From Camelus dromedarius (Eukaryota): a stretch of 64,000 bases of DNA. The translations under genes were made by a program, and so were the position numbers. Positions 24,965 to 40,489 of the stretch are shown here, one piece after another. Each line of letters opens with the position of its first letter. The stretch's first letter is position 1. The stretch lies in assembly GCF_036321535.1 (NCBI RefSeq), contig NC_087436.1, positions 121,460,001 to 121,524,000 on the forward strand. The letters are read 5' to 3'. Under the pieces are notes generated by a model. It was not told where the DNA came from and made no database searches. It saw nothing but the letters and a program-made list of their open reading frames with translations.

Positions 24965-25235
24965 ACATGGATGAACCTTACAAACACGTCCAACAGACAA
25001 GCCCACGATGACAGAAAGCAGATTAGTGGCGGCAGGGCTGGGGTGGAAGGGGAGGGAGGGGAATGACTGCTGGTGGGCACAGGGCTTCTCTTCTGAGGGG
25101 ACGAAACTTGTTCTGAAATTAGACAGCGGTGACAGGTGCACAACTCAGTGAGTAGAGTCAAGTCTGCTGAATTGTACCCTTCAGATTGGTGGATTTTATG
25201 GTATATGAATTACATTTCAATAAAGCTGTTATTAC
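24965..25235 (+). mobile_element. L1MB-like 3' end
   Basis: gacagaaagcagattagtgg...tgaattacatttcaataaagctgtt. Confidence 0.75.
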
Positions 25236-25755
25236 AAACAGTTGGCATGATTCACAGAGGATGAAAGGAACCGCCACAGAGTAACTAACAGGGGAAATGG
25301 TGCTCAGGAAAGACCCCACCTCCAAGCAGGCAGAGCCAGGCAGGGCGCCCAGGGGCGCTGGCCACCTGCTCCCAGCGGCAGGTGACAGCAGCAACACCGG
25401 GCAGGGGTGCCGGTGCAGGACTCCCCAGAGGCCCTCAGGTCCCTCACGTCAGGGGCTCCCCATGTTGGGCCGGCACCGCCAGGCCAGGCACCATGAGGCC
25501 ATGTCTCTGGAGCTGACCCAAGGCCGGGGCTCCCATTCATGAAGGCTTCGGACTAGCAGTCTCCTGAGGGGCCACTGTCCCATCCTGCCCCTGCCCCTCT
25601 GTGCGGGAGGAGGGCAGGCTGGGGACAGGTGCAGGCCGCAAACACCAGCGGGGCCGCCCTCCAGCGGTCAGGACTGACCTCAGCACCTGGCACATTAGTC
25701 TCTGTGACTGTGTAACTGAGGGCTGGGGGCGGAGGATGGCGGCAGCGGTCTCTCA

Positions 25756-25941
<186 letters not shown>

Positions 25942-28429
25942 TCATACCTGGAAACATTTAAATCTAAAATTACACTTAACTTCTCCACGTTTAGTAGAAC
26001 ACTGTGTGGTGCGTTCAGTTCCACCAGCAGCAAGAAGCTAGATTTGTGCCTGGCGACCGACCAGGAAGCCCTTCAACCACAGACTGCCACTGGGTAACTA
26101 CAGCACGTAAGCGCGACTGCAGCGAACACAACTGCAGCGAACGCCACAGCGGCCGTGAGGCAGCAAGTGGGCGCTCCCGGTCAGAGCGCCGAGGCTTACA
26201 GACAGAGACAACAGCAGGCCGACAGACGGCGTTTTCTCTGAAGAACAGGTGGTAATGCAGTCAGGGAAATAATAAAATTAAGGAATTTCACTTAAACTAT
26301 GTGACGTGTCAGTGCCTTCACACAGGAGAATTTAGACAGTTATTAAGTTCCTTGTGAAAATCACAAGTCATAGAAAACATCCTTCTGGGTGCCCAGAAGG
26401 AGAAGCAGCCCTGGGGGCAGATGCCGCGCACAGCCCTCTCACCCCGCGACTCCAGCTGCTGACGCAGCACCTGGGGCGTCGCAGCTGCTCAAGAAATACT
26501 CATCGAGGAAATGAATGAATCGGCCAATAAATATTAACACTATGGCCTTAAAAATATGCGATGTGCCCTCCAAGGGCACTGAAAGCGTTTTAAAGGCCTC
26601 CTTGGCACCCGAGTTGCACCGTACCACGGGCACCGGGCGCCCCACGCTGGCCGGGGGGGCAGGAGTGGGGCGCGGGGGGAGCAGGCTCGGAGCCGCGGCC
26701 TGGGCGGAGCCCGGCTCTGCCAGGCCCAGCTTTGCCGTTTACCACAGCGGCAGCGTCTTCCTTTCCACCGGGAGGACCCTTCAACAATACCACGTTGATG
26801 AATTTCATGTCCAAGTAGAGCAGTGGCCTGTTGCGAAAATGTCAGCAACCCTTGTCTTAATTTTTTTATTAAAAAGTGACTTTTTAAACTGAGAAACGAA
26901 AAGTACAACCACTGTCTTCCCTGTGTGTGCCGGTGCCCTGACCTCCGGTCTTCACCAGGACGCCAGTCCTGTCAGATGACAGCCCACCCTAAGGACCTCA
27001 TTTAACCTTAGTCACCTCTTTAAAGACCCTGTCTCCAGACACAGCACATTCTGAGGCAGCCAGCGGCAGGGCTTCACCACATGGATTTTGGAGGAACACA
27101 GTTCCACCTACAATACCTGGCTTCACAAACAAACTGACAAGCAGCAGCAGTGCGGCGGAGCCTCTGAAGGCAAAAAAGACCCAACAAGGTTATCAACCAA
27201 ATGCAGTGTGGGTGCCACGGGACACTCAGTACACAACTATGAGCACATTTACGAAATGATTAAGGAAGATAAAGCCAGGGGGATATTCGGTGATATTACG
27301 GAATTGTTAAATCTTTTGGATTTTAATAATAGGATTTTGTTTATGTTAAAAAAATAGGATCCTTATCCGTGATAAATATTTTTATAGACAGAAGAGTACA
27401 ATGCATAGGATTTCCTTTAAAATCACTGTCAATAATAAAATGCTAGTGGTTTTTTCAAAAACTCACTATTTACCCCACTTTTTAGGAATATATCTACTTC
27501 ATAAAAATATGAAAGCCTCTAGAGAAAATGTAAGCATGATACAGTTTTCTTTGTCATCTCAACCACCAGCTGAATTTCATAAACCAAATCCCCTTAATTT
27601 GTAAGTTTGCAAAAAAGACTGCTTCCATATTTATGGTGGACAAATGGTAAAAGTACCTCACAATCCAGAACAGATGATAAGCAGCTTTTTTTTACCCTAA
27701 GTTCCATCACAAATGTCAAGTTCTACTTTACAGATGAAAACAGAAAACCTAACAAGCTGCTGTGTGGGAAATGAAGAGGTACTTAACAGACAGTCACATT
27801 GCTCTTATGTTCCATAGCACGCCAGTGCAAATCAGCCCCGAGGCATCTGAATTCCATGACAGTAAGTACTCTCAAATCAATTGCATTTTTCAAGTCAGAG
27901 AAATTGAAGTACAGTTCGGGGTACATTTTTCACAACTAAGAGCAGAAGACCACAAAGAAAAGGTGAAAAGCCTCCTGAAATCAAGAAAAGCAGAGCTCTG
28001 TCGCTCCTGCCTCGTCTTGCCTGGAACGGGGTGGCGCGGAGAAGGCTGCGGTGGGCCTGGGCTGCTGCTGGCCACACCCGGAGAGCCTAATGGACCTCGG
28101 TGAGCGGCCCGGCCAGCCCGGGTGGACTGGCTTCTGAGCAGGAGACTCATGCAAAGGTGCCCTGACGGGGGCACCAGGTGTCTTCTTCAGGAGCATCTGC
28201 CAACACTGGTCAAACCAAAGGCTGTGGACTGAGAGTGGGGGACACACATGGAACCTCTCTGCTGCTCACGCCTGGGCTCCCGCCAAGGCTGGGAGCAGCT
28301 GGACGCCGAGAGTCAGGACATTTGGACCCCCAGGGACTGTGGCGGGGACAGACACCAGCATGGTCCTGACATTCGTGCAGCCCAGGGTAAGGGTAGCATG
28401 TTCTGCCCGAGTGAGATTTATTTAGAAAT

Positions 28430-30690
28430 GAAAGATTAGTTTAATACTGGAAAATTAACTGATAAATTAACCATATTAAAAGAAAAAAGAATAATCATTT
28501 TGATAGAAAAAGCACTGACAAAATTCAACAGCCTTTCATTATTTTTTAAAAAAAGAAAAGGCTTAGATCTGAAAAAGAATTTCTATAAAAACACAACATA
28601 TTTCATACTTAATGGTGATATATTAAAAGGCTATCCCTGAGGTCAGGAGCAAGAAAAGAATTCCTGCTACTACGACCTCAACATCACACTGAAAGTCCTA
28701 CTGCGTGCCACAAGGCAAGGAAAGAAGCAAAGAGCTTAAGAACTGGGAAGGCAGACATGACATGGCCCTCTGCTGATGGCATGATGGTGCATGTACAAAA
28801 TCCCAAAAGTCTACAGATGTTTAGAATTCAGTGGTCATTGGACATGAAGTCAATCGCAAGTGTAACCAAAAGCACAATCCACAGAAGAAAAAATTGATAA
28901 GATGAACTTCATTAAACTTAAAAACATTTATATTGGATAAAGGATTAGTATCAAAAATATACAAAGAACTCTTAAAACTCAGTAATAAGAAAACAAACAA
29001 TCCAATTAAAAGTAGGCAGAAGACCTGAACAGATCCATCACTGAACAAGACACAGATGGCAAGCAAGCCTATGAGAAGATGCCCACATCAAGGTACCAGG
29101 GAAACGCAAATTAAACAAGACGCCACACCTGTCAGAATGGCCAAGTGCCAGACCCCAGCCCCAGGTGCTGGTGAGGACGCGGGGCCACAGGAGCTCTCAT
29201 CGCTGTGGGTGGGGACGCGAGATGCTGCGGCCACTTTGGAAGAGCTGGGTGGCTTCTTACAAAACTGAACATACTCATGCCATACGAGCCAGCAAGTGCG
29301 CTCCTTGGTTTTTACCAAAATGAACTGAAAATGCATGTGCACATAATAACCTGCTCACAAATGTTCACGGCAGCTTTATTCATAATCACCACAAACTGGA
29401 AGCAACCAAGATGCCCTTTGAGAGGTGAATGGATAAAAAAATAAACATGGTCCCTCCAAACAATGGAATACTATTCAACGCTAAAGAGAAATCAGCTAAC
29501 AAGCCACATAAAGACACGGAGGAACCTTAAATGCATATTACTAAGTGACAGAAACCAATCTGCAAGGCTACATACTGCATGATTCCAACTGTATGACAGT
29601 CTGGAAAGGCAAAACTATGAAGACAGCGAACATATCAGTGGTTGCCGGGGGCCAGGGGAGGGAGGGGTGAACAGGCAGAGCACAGAGGAGTTTAGGGCAG
29701 GTGAGACCACTCTGTACGACACAGTAATGATGGACATGTATCGGTCCGCATTTGTCAAGACCTACAGAGCGTGAAACACAGAGTGGACCCTCATGACCAC
29801 TGCGGACTTCACACCAATCAGCACTAGTCCATCAGTCAGAACAAGGTACCACACACTAATGTGAAACGTCAACCCTAGTGCAAGTTGTATTTCAAAATAC
29901 CAGCAACAGGTAAATAGAAAATGAAGTTTTAAAAACAACACTATTAAAAAACATCAAATAACAAAAATGTGTAAGAATTTTACAAGGAAACTACAAAGTG
30001 ATATTGAATGAAACCAAGAGACCCTCATGTATAGGACTACATACCATACTCATAAACTCAAAGATTCAACATTAAGATGCTACATTAAGTTCAATATTAA
30101 GATTCTCTGAAAATTGTTCTGTAAGTCAATACAACCCCAATAGAAATTCCAGCACATTACTGCTTCCCCCCGGAAATCTACCAGTTATAAAAGTTCATCT
30201 GGAAATGAAGACGTCTGGGAACAGCGAAGGCAGCCTTAAAGAGCAGCAACAAAGCCGGAGGACTTTAACAGGAACCCAAACTTGCTGCGAAGCTGCGGAA
30301 CTATGGCATTGGTCCAAGGATAAACGAAGTAGCCAAGGAAGTAACAGCACAGAGTCCAGAAACAGATCCACACCCAGGAAGACATCTGACTTATGACAAA
30401 GGTCGCATTTCAGAGAAGAGGGGAATAGATGCTCTTTTCAACGAATGGTGCTGGTCAACTGGTTATACATTTGGGAAAAAATGTATTGTAACCTCTACTT
30501 CACATCATACACAAAATTCAATTCCAGAGGGACTTCAGAAGTAAATGGGAAAGATAAACCACTAACATTTTTAGAGTAAAACATAGAACATTTTGTGGTA
30601 TAGGTAAGATTTCTCAAGTAAAACACAAAAAGCACTAAACACACCGGAAAAATAATTCACAAGTTGGAATGTACTACAGTTAAGAACAAC
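28430..30690 (+). mobile_element. L1 ORF2 and 3' UTR fragments (nested)
   Basis: gacaaaattcaaca; tatccctgaggtcaggagcaaga; aaactggaagcaaccaagatg; catcatacacaaaattcaattcc. Confidence 0.75.
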
Positions 30691-32295
30691 TGGAATCTAT
30701 TTCCAACCAAGAAGGACTAACTGATCCCAAACTTGCTCTTCCACTGCAAATAATTTAAAATATGGTCAAAAATTCCTGTTGGACACTGACTCTAAGACAG
30801 CTGAGCACCGTGGCTCCTGAGAGAAGAGAGTCCAGGAGCTGGCCCTCCAGCCGTCCCGGCACCCTACCCGGGCAACCCTCAGACCACGGCGCAGGAAGGG
30901 GAACCTGAGCGGAACAGGCGGCCTTGCCGGGTCAAGGAGACAGAAGTCAGAGCCTGGGACAGATCAGTCCACTCAAACGTGTGGGGCAGAGCTTTGGAGG
31001 GGAGGGAGCCACCAGAGAAGACCCACCGATCCCTGCACAGGTTTCCTCGAGCCCACTTACAAGTGATCGTTTACTGGCAACATGTTCACCTGGTACCACA
31101 ACAAACAGGACTACACAGCAGTGGCGGGAGAGGTTACAGGAGCTCCGCGTACCAGAACCGAATACCGCGTCCCTGACCCAGTGCCGAGACGGCAATACTC
31201 CGCACATTTTCTGCAGCTTCAACACGGCCCCAGTCAAAATGCTAGCGCACTGGGGCTGTTTTCCTCTGTGAGAAGCTGAAGCGCACACTAAGTACACACA
31301 GAGGAACCGTTTTCACGTGACTCTTCCTGGACGTGTCCTTCTGTATTTATAAGCAAACACAAACACACGTGACCCATCCCTCTTTTTACCCGAACGGTAC
31401 ATCCTGCATGACTTTTCTCTGATTAACAACATATCCCGGTGACGCCCTCACTTCTGCGCGGGGCGCGCCCTCCCCTCTCTATGTGGCTCCGTCCCTGCCG
31501 GTCACAGCACAGCATGAAGCAGAAACAAAGCCACACTCGCAGCCCGGGCCACGCTCTCCTCCCGCGGAGGAGACACCGCCCTCCGGCCCCGGGCAGCTGC
31601 TCTGAGCACGAGGTGGGTGACAGGCGGGAAACACGAAGGGGTCTCTGCATTAAACGTGCCCCAGGCTGGCTTTCAGGGTCCTCCGCACTCCACACTCCAG
31701 CCCTGCCTCCCACTCTTGGCTGGGCCGGATGACTTCTCAGACGGACAGAGCCCCCCAAAGAGAGCAGCCCCCAACACCGCCCCGGCCGCTGCAGCCCCCC
31801 GCTCTCGGGGCAGCTGTCACCCGAGAACCGAGGTGGAGAGCCTGCCCTGAAGGGCCACTCCCCGCCACTGCCCCAGGGTCCCCGCTGCCGGTGGACGAGG
31901 CCCCACAGCCACCACGCTGCTGCTCTGACACCCGCTCTGTGAAGAGACGACGGCACGGGGCAGCTGGGCTTAGGAGGGCGCGGGGACGCACAACTCGGGA
32001 ATAAAGCAAGACAAGGGGGAACAGCAAGAGGTGGAGAGAGCAGAATATTCTCACCTAGAGTTTAAGAAGCTTCTAAAACTCCAACACCGAAAACTATAAC
32101 CATCTCTGCTTCTTGGCGAAACACAGGGGAATGACAATGATATCTCTGTTTTATCTTTAAAAGGACACACCACAGAGAGTTGCTCTGTCTCCATTGTGTC
32201 TACTCAGCACTAAATGGCTAAGTCCACATCAACTTTCTGTCCCCAAGTCCCTCTGAACAAAGTGTACGCTTTGGATGTGAAAGGCGCTCACTCAC

Positions 32296-32333
32296 CACGG
32301 TCATCCAGGAGGATGTTCTCGGGCTTTAAGTCT
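32296..32333 (-). CDS. GRK4: GRK4 exon 10 (38 nt, catalytic loop)
   Basis: DLKPENILLDDR(G); cag| and |gtgagt. Confidence 0.97.
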
Positions 32334-33312
32334 CTGCAAAGGAAGAAACAACAGGAAAAGGTCAGTTATTCGGAATTTGATGCTGGGGATCACTGGCAGC
32401 CCAGAAGGACCCACAGACACCCCTGTGACACAAGCAACAGCAAGAACGGTGCGTAACAAACCACTCTCTGTGGAGCAAGTCACCAGCCCCGCGTGTCCTC
32501 GCAAGGCTTCCGTGGCCGCGTGGAAGGAGAAGGCTCTTCTGGGACACGTGCAGCAAGGGCACTCACTCTCTGCGCAGGGACGCAGCTCAACAGAGGACAC
32601 TTCGGCGAGCAGGTGTGCAGCTGGCAGTGAGGAATCAGTCCTTAACTGACTCGGCTCCAGCTCCCTCATCAGTAATACACTTTTTAAATGTCCGCAACTG
32701 AGAATTTCCCATCCTAGAAGAATTCGGTTTGGGGGTCAGACAGACATAGACTCAAATCCTGGCTCTGCCACTGATCTGCTGTGTGACCGTAACGCCTCCA
32801 AGCCTCAGCGTCCACACTGTGACCCAGCGTGATCACGTGCCCCGCTCTCCAGGCTGTGCAGCGTCAGGTGAGGCCCGGGCTGGCAGCAGGAAGCGTGCAG
32901 TCAGCAGCAGGGAGTGTTAAGCACAGCTCACCGTAAAGGAGGACAGATGCCACCAACTTGAAACAAACGTACATCACCGAAGAGGAAAATGCCGTACATG
33001 TAGTGTCTCTAGCCACTTGCTTTTTCCCTCAGAGAAAAACACTAGTTTTCAAAGGATTTATATTTAACCCTGGTTCAGGTGAGGTCCTGTCACAATAGAG
33101 TCACTTGAAAAATACTCAGGAGCGATTCGGTGACCAGATCCAGGAGGGTCTGGACTATATGAGGAGGAAGAGGGCAAGGGATAGACAGACACTTGGGGGC
33201 TGAGGAAAAGGGCAAGGCTGGACGTGCACACCAGGGAGTGGCCTTCAGAGTCGGCAGATGGATGCAGAGGTACCTGGACGGAGCTGCTTGGGGAATTGGA
33301 GAAGAGTGTCTT

Positions 33313-33326
33313 GGGGGGGGGGGGGG
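33313..33326 (+). repeat. G14 homopolymer
   Basis: Read directly. Confidence 0.9.
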
Positions 33327-33752
33327 CACTGCATTCCCTAAAACTCAGTCTCTCGATCACACGAAACTGATCCCAACCATTATGTTTAATTTTCCTTACT
33401 GAATTCTAGGACAAAAAAGCATCAAAGTCAGTGTCATTGTTTTGAGACACTGTCGTTTTGGGACACGGGCCGCAGCCTCAACAGGACTGCTGGAATGGCT
33501 AGGACTCTCGGAAATGGGCTCTTCTCAGGCTCACGCGAGCAGCACGGCTGTATCTGATCAGCTTAACAAATAAAAACTCCTCACTAGAGACAGAACAGAA
33601 TTGAAAAGAAAACCAAGGCCCACGTGTGACTGGCCGTATTTCCAACAGAGTGAGAGGCCAGCCCTGGCACTGCTGCCCCCTACTCAGTCCCCTAACGGCC
33701 AGCAAGGCTCAGGATGGAAGGCTTTGTGCCCAAGAAGGCCACACATCGCTTA

Positions 33753-33959
<207 letters not shown>

Positions 33960-35888
33960 TCATAAAAACAGAACACAGACATCTGCTCATTCACTGGGGA
34001 TTTACTCTACTTGCTAACAAGAGTCAAATAATCCACATTAGATTTATACCACATGCTTCAGGGAGGCGCACACCTTTACCCACGGAAGATCTTACAGCTG
34101 TTTCGTACTGAAAGCAGAGAACTTACCCTAAGTGGGTAGGTGGCAAAACCTTACGAAGACACCTGGGATCAGGATTCCTCAAAGCTATGATAATCACTGA
34201 GCACAGATATCCCACACTTCCAGAACGTCTGCATTCAGCATACAAGTTAAAGACCCCCCAGCAACGCAAGAGAGGTGTTGTGTTGTCAGTCAGTGCTGGT
34301 GGAGGTAAAGCGATCTCTTACTGTGGTTTTAACTTGCATTTCTCTGCATATGTAAATATAGGGGATACTTCTCAAATGTTTTCATGCATTTAAGGAACAC
34401 CTTTTATGAAGCGCCTGTTCAAAGATTTTTGCTGACTTTTCTATTGGTTTGTATGTCAATTTACACACACACGCCCTTCTGGGATTTTGATTGGGACTGC
34501 ATTTAATTCATTTAACCTATATGTCAATTTGGGGAGAACCTACATCTTCACAGCACTGAGTCTTCCTATCCATGAACATGGTAGTCCACCGTTCATTCAG
34601 GTCTTCTTTAGTTTCCTGTGACAGTATTTTATAGTTCCCGGTGTATAAGTCTTGCATATTTTACTTGATTTTTGCCTGGATTTTGATGTTTCTTGATGCT
34701 ATTGTAAATGGTATCAATTTAAAATTTTAATTTTCTAATTGTTTCATATCTAACTGGTGTCACATCTAATAACTTGGCCAATTTTCAATTAGTTATCTAG
34801 AAAGTCTTGGACTGTCTGCATACACAGTTATGTTGTGGGTGGGGGTGGGGGGAGGAGGAGGAGATGAATTCGACATCAGTACTGCTCAGGACCTGGTGAT
34901 CAACCATGAGCAGGAAGGGAAGAAACAGAATTAAGGACAAAGGAAAGTATTTCTAGAGGCCAAGAGTATAGAAACCAAAAATATTCTATTTAAGTAAAAT
35001 AAACTATAACTATCTATGTCCCTTTCATAAAGCTAGGTTATAGAATTCAATGTTTCAAGGTAGCTACATGAGTATGTTTAAAGCAGCACCAGAATGAGCC
35101 TATTTTGTTGAAGATTTTCATGTAGTGCACATCAGACTGACAAATCTACACATAAACTTCTGCCATTAAATTCAGATGATGGCTGAGACAGCCTCTGTTC
35201 TAGAACATCTGTCCCCCAGCACAAAGCAGCTGACCTCAGTACTAAGAAATAAATGACACTACAAATCATTTTATGACCTGTCTTTCACTGTCTCCCTTCA
35301 ATCAGACCTCACACTGCAGTAGAGGTTATAGGAAACATGTAACTAGGTGGGGAGAAACCACGTTAATAAATGTACGGCCTGGAGCCGCGTCCGAGATATT
35401 CAATCCTTACCTGAACTGGTCAAGGTGGAATCTGGGGCTTCACACACTGGGCTGTGCTAATTGAGGAAAGGGCACTAAAGCTGCCAGGTGTCAGAGAGAG
35501 GATAGAGACGGAACCAGACCGAGGCCCAGGTGAGGTGATGGGCCAGAGCAGTGTCTTCAAGCCTGTCGCTCAGCTGGAGGCTGACGGCAAACTGCAGGGC
35601 AAGCTCAGCTGCCACCAGAGAGGGTGGGCGCCTGGCCAGGCAGTGCCTCGCTCGCGGGGTGAGGAGTAATGGCCTGATGAGGGGCGGAGGCGGCAACACG
35701 TTTACAGCAAATCCAGCTCAGCATCACCACTGTTTCCTGTCCGCATCCAGTAAGAGCTGACCCGCACCCCTCCCGGTGAACAGCCCCAGACAGCAGAGCC
35801 CTACATACGTGAACTAAGACGCGCCCCAAGCTGCACTGTGACAGACGAGGCAAGCTTAGCGGCAGGCCTGCTGAAAAAATGCGACTTA

Positions 35889-36068
<180 letters not shown>

Positions 36069-39038
36069 CTAGATTAAAAAAAGAGAAAGAAAAAAAAAAG
36101 GCTTTCTATCTACCTGACAGTTCTTAGGCTACAAAAAGAAAATGGGTTTCCCCATGACAATCCCTCTGGTGAAGAGACCACTTCAGGCACGGGCACAGCC
36201 GTCCTAGGGGCTCCACGAGGGGGCTGAGACCGCCAAGTGCCTCGTGAGCTCTAGGACGGTGACAAATGGGACCTGTTGTTCCTGTGTGGACATGGGGCAT
36301 CGGTTTAACTTAAATGCCTCCCTATGTCTTTTATTTCTGTGTACGAACGGAAGTTTTTCAAACTAAACAGATTCTTGATTTTTTAAAGTTCAAGAATATG
36401 GATAAGAAAATGTATTTCATAGAAATCCATAGACTTTCATACCTTTATCCTACTTAACTAGTTCTTAATATTTATATGCTACTTAACTTCATATTATGAA
36501 GAATTTCAAACAAACAAAAGTGGAGAGAATAGTACGAGAAACAGGTACCAGTCTTCCGGATTCCAGACCATCAACGCATGGTGCCTCGTTCCACCTGACT
36601 CCCACCCACAGACACACACACACCACGCACACACAACTCCCCCACGTGCCACACACCCACTCCACGCCACAGACGCACCCATCAGACAAACCCACCCATG
36701 CACATGCACACACATACACAGGATTACTTTAAAAGCAAATATAAGACATGACATAATTTCACCCATCAATAAAATAATTTCAATGGTAAAACATAAAGTT
36801 CATTGTGGAAAATACTGACAGTGGTAATAAGGATAATGATAAAACATTTGAAATTCCAAGACAACCATCACTAACATTCTGCTGTATAAGCTTCTAAGTC
36901 TCTCTTTGTACGTGTATATGCAAGAATATATACCCGCTCCCCCAACCTCTGACTTTTAGGGAAAATCAGGCTTATATGATAGAACACACAATATTTTATA
37001 ACCTCCTTTTTTTAATCTGATAGTGTGACTATTTTCTCACCATTAAATGTTCTCCCAACATGTGACTATTCCAAAATGTATGTCATCATTTCCCCTCCAC
37101 TAGGTCTTGGCATGTAAGTCTTTGTGCACCTCTTTGTCATTAACCTAAGATGAATTCCTTCTTGTGGAACTGCCAAATTAGAGAAAGGTGGGAGAAGAGG
37201 TAAGGGTGTCAGGCCCTGCACCACCACTGGACCCAAATCCTCAGGGCTCCCCACAGCAACCAGTGAAGCAGGGTCAGGAACCCTCCTAAGGCTGAGGCCA
37301 TATGGTGAACCCCAGGTCCCAGCTGGGAGTGAAGGGATGGCAGCCTGGCCTCAGGCTGCCCAGCTCGTGAGGACGTGCTCCTTGACTCACTACGCAGTCT
37401 CTAATGCCACGCACGCGCAATGCCACCCCACCCCGCTTGGCGCGCCTGCCTCAGGACCCTACAGATCTGCCCCGAGGGGACCCAGGGCCTAAGTGAAAGC
37501 GCTGTTGTCGACAAGACGAGGCAGAACGTTTGCCTTTTCAAAACCCCCAGCAGAGCTGCTGACATCTGGAAAGGTAAATGCACTACTGGGACGTGGGCTG
37601 AAGGGCACCGAGGCTGTCGCGCTAGGCTCGTAGGGGTCTAAGAGGCTTGTGGGACGGAGATGGACTGTCCGTTCCCGTGCGGGCCTTGATGCGGGCGCAG
37701 TGCATCCAGACCAGTCTGTGAGGGCCACACTGGTTTATTCGTCCACACAACGATTTGTTTGGAAAAACAAACAAATGTGCTAAAAAATAATCGATAAAAT
37801 CGTATATACACCAAACCAAGTCTTTCCACAGCAGCTGAAATTTGCTCACGTGTTCCCAGAGTCACTCTGAAACTTGTATGTGGCTATGACCAGAACCCTG
37901 TGCTTTTGTAGACACGAGCCCCACGTGCTTGAGACAGCCTTCCTCTGCTCTTGCACAAGGTCTGAGTTTTGTGGTGAGAGGTGGTGAGAGGCAAGGCAGG
38001 GGACCAAGGGGGGCAGGTGGCGCTCCTGCCTGCCCCGGGGGCACCTGACAGGGGGGCTCTCCCACAGAAGTGTCTGCTATGAGGGATCACAGCAAGCCCT
38101 TGGCTGGATTCTGCAAAGTATCCTACAAGGTCTCCAGAGCCGTACAGGAGGTCCGATGCGACCAGTTCCCCCCGCGGCCGTGGCTCTCAGGCCAGCCTGT
38201 TCCCACGTCGCTGCCCACGGGTGACAGGCCTCCCTGGAGGGGCCACTGCTGGGCCCTCTCTCTCACTCGTGCTAAGAGGACTCTGGTGGCTCTGGCTTTG
38301 GCCTTCATTTGGACTTGGGAGCACACCCACTTTAAGTCACATGCGGGCCGTGTGACCTGCTTCTGACTTAGACACTCGCTGTCAATTCCTCTCCGGCTCG
38401 CCTGGCTCTGGGGACTTAGAGACACTTGAACCGAAGACGATCACTCCAGATGACTAATGAGACAATTAAAATCTTTTTAAATCCCCCGAACAGAACTGCA
38501 TGGGAGTCTCTGCCTGCCTACCGCAGTGGTCTCCACGAGGAGAGCCACCCTATTCAAAGACCATTTCTCACGGATTTGTGGGCAGTTTCTTTAGGATTTT
38601 CCCAGATTTCCACATTTCTAACAGCTTTCAGTGTAGGTGTAAGGTACATAATGTCCAAACAGAGCTGACTTAAATAAGCATATTTAATAATATACTCCAT
38701 TCTACATGAACTTTTAGGCTACTCCTAAACCATGGAAATGGAGTAACAGAAATTCCACCATATGCAAACAGAATAATCTCTTCAATCAGGACAAACTTAC
38801 TGAGCCTCAACAAGGAACATGAGAAAACAACTACTTTAAGAAATATGAAGTGAATTTTTTTTCCAGATCTCTGAATTTTTTAAAAGCTTGCACCTTTTGC
38901 TCAAAGTTCAATCTTAATTCTCATGGTTGCTAAAATTATTCCCCAAATACACAGTAAGGAATTAACGTATTGGTAAAGTGGACGGCTTTCAATCACCCTG
39001 CTGTATGCTTTTCTGGAAGGACGGCTCATGACCGGTCA

Positions 39039-39140
<102 letters not shown>

Positions 39141-39904
39141 TCAGGTCTCACATCACATTGTTATTTTCAAAGAGAAAAGCCTGCTGAGCTCCTGTCCTAA
39201 CCTCCCCTGGGAACCTCACTGCCCCAAGAGGGCACCCAGCCCAGGGTGCCTGTGCTCAGGGACTGCAGCTGCCTCAGCGGGGCAGCTCTTAGGAGACAAG
39301 CACACTGACGTGTAACACTGACTGAAAACACTGAAGGGAGATGCAGGATGGTCAGCTATCCTTACTAACTAAACACAAACCTGCAGCCAGCCCGCGCTGT
39401 GAAATACGCACGCATTCGGGCCTGTCAGAAAGCCGCTGGGGAAAACGTCTACACTGCCCTTTGAGGAAAGGGCCTCAAAGTGCTGCTCATACCAGAGCCT
39501 CAAAAGAAGCCTGTATGGACTAGAACGGGACATTTCATAGTCAATAATAATTGCAATCATCATCATTATCATCATCATCAACACTAGTGTCAGTAACACT
39601 TTCTGACCACTTATTTTGTGCCCAAGCACGGTGCCCAGCGTTTCACACCCATCCCCCTGGGGACCCCAGCAGCCTCTGCAGAACATGGGCCTGAAGCTTA
39701 CAGGCCAGGTCACCGCGGGAGGACGCACAGCCGGCCCAGGGCCGGCCGAGGCCAACACCGCAGACCCAGCCACGGGGGTGGTTACATTCCTGTGAGTCTA
39801 GGACATGCTTTCTTTTCTAACTGCTGCGCCAGCACAGCTAACTGTCATTTTAAAAAGAGAAAACACAGGCAACTGAATCAGAAGAAATTATATAATGAAT
39901 ATTA

Positions 39905-40246
<342 letters not shown>

Positions 40247-40456
40247 TCAATATACTGAATATTGCAATTATAGAATTCCACACTAGTTTCTAATGCTACC
40301 AGTGAGGACATGAAGGCAAGAATTCAAAAGAAATGAATCAATTTACCGTGGCAAAGTCAGAATTTCTTTTTATGTATATGAATATCAGAGAAATAATTAC
40401 CTGATAAAAACAATCTACCAGTAGAAAGATAATCATTTAAAATGTATTCAAGAGGG

Positions 40457-40489
40457 GTGTGTGTGTGTGTGTGTGCGCGCGTGCGCGCA
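40457..40489 (+). repeat. Compound (GT)n(GC)n alternating purine-pyrimidine tract
   Basis: 33 nt of uninterrupted alternation. Confidence 0.9.

Noticed and set aside
26116..26142. 12-nt direct repeat ACTGCAGCGAAC x2 (similar small duplications near 8648, 30065 and 46220)
   Set aside because: Two-copy slippage duplications with no array or spacer structure; not CRISPR-like.
36600..36720. CA-rich stretch giving His/Thr- and Cys/Val-rich ORFs
   Set aside because: Low-complexity degenerate microsatellite.
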